NCBI GenBank assembly: GCA_035692745.1 | Contig: DASSHR010000439.1 | Location: 1-33,321 of the forward strand | DNA: 33,321 nt | Reading direction: 5' to 3' | Source: Candidatus Limnocylindrales bacterium | Lineage (GTDB): Bacteria; Chloroflexota; Limnocylindria; Limnocylindrales; CSP1-4 | Shown: piece by piece, positions 1 to 6,785 of the stretch | How the letters are laid out: each line of letters begins with the position of its first letter | Position numbering within the stretch: position 1 is the stretch's first letter | Program-made: the position numbers and the translations under genes | The notes under the pieces: generated by a model | Databases searched by the model: none | What the model was told of the DNA's origin: nothing | The model's input: only the letters and a program-made list of their open reading frames with translations

Positions 1-1
1 G

Positions 2-136
2 CACGTGGAATCGGGTCCGCTCGTCAGGTCCAGCTACCACGCCCGCGACCAGGTCCCGGGCGCGGAGCTCAAGGCGCTCAGGCGGCGTCAGGCGACGATC
101 GACGCCGATGGAAGGGTCGTCCCGCTCGCCGGCTGA
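2..136 (+). CDS. lipA: lipoyl synthase, 3' end only (gene enters from the left edge)
   Basis: Frame 2 reads HVESGPLVRSSYHARDQVPGAELKALRRRQATIDADGRVVPLAG* with TGA at 134-136. ESGPLVRSSYHA matches the conserved C-terminal motif of LipA radical-SAM lipoyl synthases. It is absent from the ORF track because there is no start codon in the window. Confidence 0.6.
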   Translation, partial: HVESGPLVRSSYHARDQVPGAELKALRRRQATIDADGRVVPLAG

Positions 137-157
137 CCCGAGCAGCGAGATGCGCGG

Positions 158-1384
158 CTACTCGTCCCCGGGATCGGGGGCCGCGGGAAGCCAGAACCCG
201 AACTCCGCCCCGCCGGTGGCCCGTTCCGTGGCTGACCGGGCCCACACGCGACCGCCCATCGCCTCGATCAGCGCGCGCGACACGAACAGCCCGATCCCGG
301 CCCCGGATGCCTGCCGGATCGCATCGCGGGTCCGGAAGAACAGGCTCCACAGCCGTTCGGTCGGCTCGTCGCCCAGCCCTGGGCCTTCGTCCGTCACGGT
401 CACCTGGACGCCGCCATCGAGCTGCCGGGCCGCTGTCCGGACCGTGGTGCCCGCCGGGCTGTACTTCACGGCGTTGCTCAGGAAGTTCCGCAGCACCTGC
501 TCGACATAGGTTGCATCGCCGAGGACCAGCGGCAGCTCCGGCTCGATGACCGCTTCGAAGGTGTGGCCCTCGGATCGATCTCCTTCGCTCTGGACCGCGG
601 CGCGAACGACGTGCCCGATGACGAGGGGATCGTCGGCCGCCTCCAGCCGTCCGCCTTCGGCCCGGCTGAGCACGAGGAGATCCTCCGTGAGCCGTCGGAG
701 CCTGTCCGCCTCCGTCTCGATGTCCTGCAGGTGGCCGGTGAGATCCTCTGGCGACATTGCGCGGTGGCGCGCTCGGAGCAGGTGGCTCATGCCGTAGATC
801 GTGGTGATCGGCGTCCGGAGCTCGTGGCTCACGACACCGACGAAGGCGTCCTGGAAGTCGCGCGCCTGCCGCTCCCGGGCGTACTGCGCCTCGAGGTTCG
901 CGGCGGCGGCAGCAAGCTCATCGGCGAGCTTCCGGCTTGCCACGCGCTCGAGCTCCAGCTCGTGATTCGTCGCCAGGAGCTCGCGCTCCCATTGTGACCG
1001 GGCCCGAATCCGGACGATCACCGCTGCGTATGCCACGTCGCCCGGGCCGTCCGTGCGTTCGATGTTGAGCAGGATCGGAACGGGTTCCTGCGCGCCGGCG
1101 AGCGTGAGGAAGACCTCTTCGACGCGGCCGTCGGCGAGCAACGCCGGCGCGACGTGGGTCTGGAAGAGAATCCGCGCCGGCGTGCTGAGCAGCGCCTCGA
1201 ACGGCTGCCCGATGATCTCCGCGATGGTGCGACCCGTGATCGATGCGAGCCGTTGATTCACGGCCACCACCCGAAGGCCGGCGTCGAGGGTGAGCGCGCC
1301 CGCCGGGAGGTGTGCGACCAGGCCTGCGGTCTCGAGATCCGCGCTCAGGCCGTCGCCGGCTCCGCTTGTCGTTGCCGCAGCCAT
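158..1384 (-). CDS. PAS-domain sensor histidine kinase (no response regulator adjacent)
   Basis: H-box FVGVVSHELRTPITTIYG, N-box LRNFLSNAVKYS, G1 DEGPGL, G2 GAGIGLFVS. An N-terminal PAS-like segment of ~110 aa runs LPAGALTLDAGLRVVAVNQRLASITGR... The track start at 1432 is TTG; I prefer the first ATG at 1384. Either start lies inside the 3' end of the upstream hydrolase gene. Confidence 0.85.
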   Translation of the reverse strand: MAAATTSGAGDGLSADLETAGLVAHLPAGALTLDAGLRVVAVNQRLASITGRTIAEIIGQPFEALLSTPARILFQTHVAPALLADGRVEEVFLTLAGAQEPVPILLNIERTDGPGDVAYAAVIVRIRARSQWERELLATNHELELERVASRKLADELAAAAANLEAQYARERQARDFQDAFVGVVSHELRTPITTIYGMSHLLRARHRAMSPEDLTGHLQDIETEADRLRRLTEDLLVLSRAEGGRLEAADDPLVIGHVVRAAVQSEGDRSEGHTFEAVIEPELPLVLGDATYVEQVLRNFLSNAVKYSPAGTTVRTAARQLDGGVQVTVTDEGPGLGDEPTERLWSLFFRTRDAIRQASGAGIGLFVSRALIEAMGGRVWARSATERATGGAEFGFWLPAAPDPGDE

Positions 1385-2172
1385 GACTGGATCGCGCTGA
1401 CGGTCTCCCGCGGATGGCTCACGTGTGGGCAATGGCCCGTCCCTTCGATCACGCGCAGCGTGCTGTCCCTCAGGCGCGCATCAAGGTACCGCCCCACCTC
1501 CATCGGCGCGATCACGTCCTCCGACACCTGGATGATGAGCGAGGGCACCGTGACCCGCGACAGGTCCTCCCGGTTGTCGGCGAGGAAGGTGACCTCGGCG
1601 AACTGGCGGGCCATCGTCGGATCGATCGAGCAGAAGGTGGCCTCGAGATCCGACGCGAGCTCCGGTCGATCCGGATTGCCCATCACCACCGGGGCGAGGT
1701 ACGTCGCCCAACCGGTCGCGTTGACATCCATCATGTGGAGGAGGCCGTCGATGTCGGCCGGCGCGAAGCCGCCTCGGTAATCGGGCGGATCGTCGAGGTA
1801 GCGCGGCGACGGGGTGACCAGGACGAGCTCGCCGAACCGCTCCGGCTCCGCGATCGACGCGAGCATGGCCACGGTCGCGCTGACCGAATGGCCGACCAGG
1901 ACGACATCCTCGAGCTCGAGCGCTCGGCAGATGTCGAGGACATCCTGCGCATACCCGTCGAGCGTGGCGTAGCGGACGGGGTCATAGGCATCGCGTTCAG
2001 ACGCGCCGGCGCCGACGTAGTCGAACGTGATGACGCGGAAGTCGTCCTCGAACGCGGGCGCGACGAACCGCCACAGCTGCTGGTCACAACCGAATCCGTG
2101 CGCGAAGACGATCGGCTGTCCCGACGGATTGCCGGCGACGCGGACGGCGTGGCGGCGGAGGACGTCGCGCAA
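1345..2172 (-). CDS. RsbQ / KAI2-D14-type alpha/beta hydrolase
   Basis: PIVFAHGFGCDQQLW, nucleophile elbow LVGHSVSA, Asp in IIQVSEDVIAP and His in GHCPHVSHP form an intact Ser-Asp-His triad in RsbQ/KAI2-like context. The only available start is TTG at 2172, because an in-frame stop lies at 2209-2211. Confidence 0.85.
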   Translation of the reverse strand: MRDVLRRHAVRVAGNPSGQPIVFAHGFGCDQQLWRFVAPAFEDDFRVITFDYVGAGASERDAYDPVRYATLDGYAQDVLDICRALELEDVVLVGHSVSATVAMLASIAEPERFGELVLVTPSPRYLDDPPDYRGGFAPADIDGLLHMMDVNATGWATYLAPVVMGNPDRPELASDLEATFCSIDPTMARQFAEVTFLADNREDLSRVTVPSLIIQVSEDVIAPMEVGRYLDARLRDSTLRVIEGTGHCPHVSHPRETVSAIQSWLRQRQAEPATA

Positions 2173-2384
2173 GGCCGCAGCGTACCGGGGTTCCCGCGGT
2201 GGGGCGTCTCAGGCGCGAGGTCGCGGAGCTCCGCGAACGGTTCGCGCTTCGCCCGCCGGACGTGCCGGCACGCGCGCCCGTGGAGCCGCGACCGCCCCGC
2301 GGCAAGCCGATCGTGCACGCGCGGCGCGAGCGGAGTAGCGACGTCGCCCAGCTGGAGCTGCCGCTGAGCGCCTGAGCCGTCCGC

Positions 2385-2390
2385 TAGAAT
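2385..2390 (+). promoter_or_regulatory. candidate -10 box for add (short or no leader)
   Basis: TAGAAT followed by 9 nt and then ATG 2400. No Shine-Dalgarno sequence in between. Confidence 0.35.
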
Positions 2391-2399
2391 CGCGCCCAG

Positions 2400-3455
2400 A
2401 TGGTGCGCCAGCTTCCCCGAACCACCCCGCTCGCCGAGCTCCACTGTCATCTCGGCGCGGCGGTCACGCCGGCGATCATGTGGGGCATCGCGCATTCGCA
2501 GGGGATCAAGCTCCCGACGAAGGACTACTGGGAGTTCCGCGAGCTGATCACGGTCCCGACGAAGGGCTCGAAGTCATTCGACGGCTACCTCCAGCTCTTC
2601 CACTGGACGGAGCTCATCCAGTCCTCGCCGCTCGCGGTCGAGCGCAGCGTGTACGAGGTCGTCGGCGGCGCGTACCGCAAGAACAACATCACGACGATGG
2701 AGCTCCGCTTCAATCCGATGAAGCGGAACCGCGGTGGCGAGCAGGACCTCGACCACATCATCGCCGCGGCCACCCGCGGCATGGACCGGGCGAGCCTCGA
2801 GTATCCGGTCAAGCCGGGCCTCATCTTCTGCCTCGACCGGGCCTTTCCGTACGAGCTCAACGAGATCCTGGTCGAGAAGGCGATCGCGTGGCGGGATCGC
2901 GGCGTCGTCGGCGTGGACATCGCCGGCCCCGAATCCGCGACCTTCCGCGTTGCCGATTACCGCCGGCTGATGCGCCGCGCTCGCCAGTTCGGACTGGGGA
3001 TCACGGTCCACACCGGAGAATCCGGACCCGCCGAGGAAGTCGCGCGTGTCGTCGAGCTGCTCGAACCGGACCGGATCGGCCACGGCGTGAAGGCCGCCTA
3101 CGACCCGCGGGCGATGGCGATGCTCCACGATCGCGGCATCGTCCTGGAGATCTGTCCGACCTCGAACCTCAATACGCGCGTCGTGTCGGGTTGGGACGAG
3201 ATCCGCTGGATCCTCGACACGTTCCGGCGCAACGGGGTCCGCTTCATCATCTCCACCGACGGCCCGGAGATGCTGCAGACCTACATCCGGGACGAGCTCG
3301 CCACGCTCGGGCGCCTCGGCATCCTGTCGATGAAGGAGCAGGAGGACATCGCTGCGACCACGATGGCCGCGTCCTTCGTTCGCAACGTCTCCGACGTCCC
3401 GCTGACCGAGCACCTGCCGCCGACGCGGACGGCCGTGGAGCGGGAAGAGGCCTAG
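2400..3455 (+). CDS. add: adenosine deaminase family protein
   Basis: Metal-binding ELHCHLG, catalytic HTGESG, GHGV, and ISTDGP in the position of the canonical TDDP motif. TAGAAT box at 2385-2390, 9 nt upstream of the ATG. Confidence 0.85.
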   Translation: MVRQLPRTTPLAELHCHLGAAVTPAIMWGIAHSQGIKLPTKDYWEFRELITVPTKGSKSFDGYLQLFHWTELIQSSPLAVERSVYEVVGGAYRKNNITTMELRFNPMKRNRGGEQDLDHIIAAATRGMDRASLEYPVKPGLIFCLDRAFPYELNEILVEKAIAWRDRGVVGVDIAGPESATFRVADYRRLMRRARQFGLGITVHTGESGPAEEVARVVELLEPDRIGHGVKAAYDPRAMAMLHDRGIVLEICPTSNLNTRVVSGWDEIRWILDTFRRNGVRFIISTDGPEMLQTYIRDELATLGRLGILSMKEQEDIAATTMAASFVRNVSDVPLTEHLPPTRTAVEREEA

Positions 3456-4144
3456 TCGGCCAGCGAGCCGACCTTGTAGGTGCAGCAGCGGTCGCCCGAC
3501 GCGATGTGCGACTCGCGCACGACGTCGGCGCAGAGGACCTCCTGGAACAGCGCCAGCTCGGCATCGCACGGGGCGGAGGTCCGACGCGCGATCTTGTCGA
3601 TGGCGCAGTTGTGCTCGCGGAGCCGCAGCGTGCCGTCCTCGGCCACGAGCGCGTCGGCGAGATAGCCCGCCTCGTCCTGCAGCTGAGCAAGGACGCGGAC
3701 GCGATCGGCGAGCGGCGCGTCATCCGGGAGGCGCTCGGCCATGTGCCGCCGCGTGCGATCGCCGATCTGCCGCCGTCGGGCGGCGAACACCTGCTCGACG
3801 AGATCGGCGCCGCCGACCGCTTCGATCGCCTTCACGAGGCCTGACGCGAACCCGCCGTAGTCCGTCGGAAAGAGGCCCTGCGCGTCGGCGGTGACGTCGT
3901 ACACGTGCCGCGGGCGGCCGACACCGTGCTTCTCCGCGGCGTGGCTCACGAGGCCCGCCTCCTCGAGCGCGTAGAGCTGCTGGAGGATGCCGGTCCGGCT
4001 CGCGCCGAGGGCCGCCGCGAGGCCGTCGGGGGTCGATGGCCCGACCTGCCGCAGGTGCACGAGGATCTCGTGTCGGATGGCGGAGGGGGACGGCGCAGCG
4101 TTGCCGGGTCGAGGCTGCGAGATGCCCCCGACAGGCTGTCCCAT
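3452..4144 (-). CDS. ArsR/COG2345-type winged-helix transcriptional regulator with Cys-rich C-terminal domain
   Basis: Track ORF 3452-4435 trimmed to ATG 4144 (MGQPVGG...). HTH region IRHEILVHLRQVGPSTPDGLAAALGASRTGILQQLYALEEAGLV...GVGRPRHVY. Five Cys residues in the last ~55 aa. The upstream 97 codons are low-complexity and overlap the divergent gene. Confidence 0.7.
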   Translation of the reverse strand: MGQPVGGISQPRPGNAAPSPSAIRHEILVHLRQVGPSTPDGLAAALGASRTGILQQLYALEEAGLVSHAAEKHGVGRPRHVYDVTADAQGLFPTDYGGFASGLVKAIEAVGGADLVEQVFAARRRQIGDRTRRHMAERLPDDAPLADRVRVLAQLQDEAGYLADALVAEDGTLRLREHNCAIDKIARRTSAPCDAELALFQEVLCADVVRESHIASGDRCCTYKVGSLAD

Positions 4145-4238
4145 AGCCGGACAGTAGCAGGAATGCAGGCGCAGGCCATGTGCCACGCTCGTGCGTCGAC
4201 AGCCGGCTCGGACGCTTGCCGCTGCTAACCTCGACCGC

Positions 4239-5426
4239 ATGGATTTCGACCTCGACAGCGAGCACCAGCTGCTCCGTTCCACGATCCGCGACTTCATGGA
4301 GAAGGAGGTCGCGCCGGTCATCGAGCGGCACGAGAAGGAACACAGCTTCCCGGTCGACGTCGTCAAGCGGCTCGGCGAGATGGGCTGGCTCGGCATCCCG
4401 ATCCCGGAGGACGAGGGCGGGGCCGGCATGGACACCCTGGCCTACGCGATCGCCATCGAGGAGATCGGGCGCGTCTGGGGCTCGCTGGGGCTGATCGTCG
4501 CGGCGCACACCTCGCTCGGCTGCGGTCCGCTGCACCTCGCCGGCACCAAGGAGCAGAAGGACCGCTGGCTCGTACCGATGGCCGGCGGCCAGGTCATCGG
4601 CGCGTACGGGCTCACCGAGCCGGGCGCCGGCTCCGACGCGGGGGGCACGCGGACGACGGCACGCTGGGAGGGCGAGGGCGGCGGCGAGTTCGAGCCGGGC
4701 GCGAGCGGCGAGTGGGTCATCGACGGCAGCAAGCGCTTCATCACGAACGCGGGCCAGGCCGGCACGTACATCATCACCGCCCGGACCGGCACGAAGGACG
4801 GCGGCGGCGCCGAGATCTCTGCCTTCATCCTGCCCGCCGACACGCCGGGCTTCCGTGTCGTCCGCATCGAGGAAAAGCTCGGGCTGCACGCTTCGGCGAC
4901 GGGCGAGCTGGCGTTCGATCGCTGTCGGATCCCGGCCGACAACCTGCTCGGCGAGCGCGGCGACGGCTTCCGGATGTTCCTCAAGATCCTCGACGGGGGT
5001 CGGATCTCCATCGGGGCACTGGCGCTCGGGATCGCGCAGGGCGCGTACGACGCGGCCGTGCCATATGCGCAGACGCGCGAGCAGTTCGGCAAGCCCATCG
5101 GCAGCTTCCAGGGCGTCGCGTTCATGATTGCCGACATGGCGACCGAGATCGAGGCCGCCCGGAACATGGTCTGGAAGTCGGCGTGGCTCAAGGACCAGGG
5201 CCGCGACTACTCGCTGGTCGCGGCGCAGGCGAAGCTCTTCGCGTCGGAGGTTTCGTCGCGCGTCACGAACGCGGCCATCCAGGTTCACGGCGGCTATGGC
5301 TACGTGACCGAGTACCCGGTCGAGCGCTACCTGCGCGACGCGAAGCTCACGGAGATCGGGGAGGGGACCAGCCAGGTCCAGCGCCTCGTCATCGCGCGGC
5401 GGATCCTGGGGCTGCGGGTCGGCTAG
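4239..5426 (+). CDS. acyl-CoA dehydrogenase (short/branched-chain type)
   Basis: MDFDLDSEHQLLRSTIRDFMEKEVAP..., YGLTEPGAGSD, GGYGYVTEYPVERYLRDAKLTEIGEGTSQVQRLVIAR. Start set to ATG 4239; the track start at 4191 is GTG. Confidence 0.9.
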   Translation: MDFDLDSEHQLLRSTIRDFMEKEVAPVIERHEKEHSFPVDVVKRLGEMGWLGIPIPEDEGGAGMDTLAYAIAIEEIGRVWGSLGLIVAAHTSLGCGPLHLAGTKEQKDRWLVPMAGGQVIGAYGLTEPGAGSDAGGTRTTARWEGEGGGEFEPGASGEWVIDGSKRFITNAGQAGTYIITARTGTKDGGGAEISAFILPADTPGFRVVRIEEKLGLHASATGELAFDRCRIPADNLLGERGDGFRMFLKILDGGRISIGALALGIAQGAYDAAVPYAQTREQFGKPIGSFQGVAFMIADMATEIEAARNMVWKSAWLKDQGRDYSLVAAQAKLFASEVSSRVTNAAIQVHGGYGYVTEYPVERYLRDAKLTEIGEGTSQVQRLVIARRILGLRVG

Positions 5427-5477
5427 CTCGGGCCGGCGACCCGGCGCGTCGGCGGCCACGCGGCCGGCGTCAGCGCG

Positions 5478-6191
5478 TCAGATTCGAACGCGGACGAGCC
5501 GGACGTTGAGCCGCAGGTCACCGACACAGGTCTGCAGCGTCATGCTCGGGACGGACTGGCCGGCAATCGCCCAGCGCGAGTTGACGGGGTTCACGACCCG
5601 CCACTCCGTCACCTCGTACACCGACAGACGCCCCGCGCCATCGGTGTAGTACGCCCGCATGCCGACGTGGAGCCGGCCCCGCTTGTACGCGACGTTGAGC
5701 GGCTTGAACACGCCCCATGCATGGCCCAGCAGGTAGACGTTGTTCCGACCTGCACAGCCCCAGCGGTACACGAAGTTGGCCGGCTCCCGCGTGCGGGAGC
5801 ACGGGTACGAATGCACCGTGCGGGAGATGCCGAGCGATGGGAACCAGAAGTGGTTCGTGCCGGTATATCGCTCCGAAGCGCTCGAGGCGGGCTTCGGGCC
5901 TGCTGGCGCCGCTGCCGGCGCAGGCGGCAGGTCGAGCGTGGTCACGGCTGCCGCCACCCCCGCACCGACGACCCCCGAGCCAGGGAGCGTCGACGGAGCC
6001 CGAACGGCGACGAGCTCGATCTGCTCCAGCTTCACGCTCGGAACACCAAGCGCAGGAGCAGCCTCCGGGCGCCCGTGCCGAAGCGGCTCCGGAGCGGCCC
6101 ACGGCGAGCTCCCGCCGCCCGCGGCGATCGCGATCGCGGCGAGCAGGGCGACCGGGAGCGCGACGCGCCTTGGTGCGAGCGAGCTGTCCAC
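5478..6191 (-). CDS. sortase-like cysteine transpeptidase (class F-like), membrane anchored
   Basis: N-terminal hydrophobic anchor VALPVALLAAIAIAAG, FPSLGISRTV, LLGHAWG (His), MTLQTCVG (TLxTC Cys motif), then downstream Arg residues LRLNVRLVRV. GTG start. Confidence 0.6.
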   Translation of the reverse strand: MDSSLAPRRVALPVALLAAIAIAAGGGSSPWAAPEPLRHGRPEAAPALGVPSVKLEQIELVAVRAPSTLPGSGVVGAGVAAAVTTLDLPPAPAAAPAGPKPASSASERYTGTNHFWFPSLGISRTVHSYPCSRTREPANFVYRWGCAGRNNVYLLGHAWGVFKPLNVAYKRGRLHVGMRAYYTDGAGRLSVYEVTEWRVVNPVNSRWAIAGQSVPSMTLQTCVGDLRLNVRLVRVRI

Positions 6192-6323
6192 GCTGCAACG
6201 GTGCCGGGACGCCCCGGTTAGGGGTATCGCCCGTCCGTTCAGAAATCACGTGGCCGATGGAGCGGTCCCGGTCCGGTCCGGCCGGCGGGACGGGAGAAAG
6301 GTCCGGGGTGGGGTGCGGCTTCC

Positions 6324-6785
6324 TCAGCCGCCAGTTCCGGCGGCTGCCGTGAGCGCCGCCCGGACTGCCGCGCCGAACTGCGGCGGCCATGGACCCTGGC
6401 CGGCGAGCACGTAGGGCGAGGTCGACACGATCTCGAACGTCGCCGGATCGTCCGCCCATTCGGCGACACAAGCATCGACGTCGGGCTGGCGGCGCTCCCA
6501 GGCATCGCGGTCGCGGAAGATATAGATCCGAAGCGTGACCGGCGTCGCCTGGTCGAGGCCCTGCGCTTCGAACCGGATCGCGGTGGGCGCCAGCGTCGGG
6601 TCGTCGCAGCCGGCGTCGCCGGAGGTCCAGTCCTCGATCTCGACGCCCAGGCGCCCGAGCTGCCCCGACAGCTCCGGGAACGATTCCGGAGCCGGCGCGG
6701 GAGGCGACACCGTGAGGGCGCCGCAGCCGGCAAGGCTGCCGAGCAGTCCACAGATGAGCGCCAGGCGCGCAGCCACGCGGATCAC
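6324..6785 (-). CDS. hypothetical lipoprotein
   Basis: Signal peptide with lipobox: MIRVAARLALICGLLGSLAGC. The GTG start overlaps the stop of the upstream CoA ligase (GTGA at 6782-6785). Balanced composition. Confidence 0.6.
   Translation of the reverse strand: MIRVAARLALICGLLGSLAGCGALTVSPPAPAPESFPELSGQLGRLGVEIEDWTSGDAGCDDPTLAPTAIRFEAQGLDQATPVTLRIYIFRDRDAWERRQPDVDACVAEWADDPATFEIVSTSPYVLAGQGPWPPQFGAAVRAALTAAAGTGG

Noticed and set aside
78-509. Small ORFs at the left edge (78-350 minus strand, 108-509 plus strand), and the idea of a response regulator downstream of the kinase
   Set aside because: They overlap the kinase 3' end or the lipA tail in shadow frames. The only sensible reading of 2-136 is the LipA C-terminus on the plus strand.
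4145-4435. 97-codon N-terminal extension of the regulator ORF (3452-4435)
   Set aside because: It is Ser/Arg/Cys-rich and overlaps the divergent acyl-CoA dehydrogenase start. ATG 4144 gives a normal-length wHTH protein and has a TACTGT box 6 nt upstream.
3720-5459. 579-aa minus-strand ORF antisense to the acyl-CoA dehydrogenase
   Set aside because: It is an Arg/Asp/Leu-rich shadow frame. The plus frame has unambiguous acyl-CoA dehydrogenase motifs.
5427-5477. Possible terminator hairpin between the acyl-CoA dehydrogenase and the sortase gene (GCCGgCGAC ... GTCGgCGGC)
   Set aside because: It has only ~8 bp with an internal G-G mismatch and no U-tract. I cannot distinguish it from chance self-complementarity in GC-rich DNA.
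6197-6239. Imperfect long stem-loop (AACGG...CCGTT with inner CCCC/GGGG) upstream of the sortase start
   Set aside because: It has several bulges and no flanking U/A tract on either strand. It could be structural RNA, but the evidence is too weak to call a feature.
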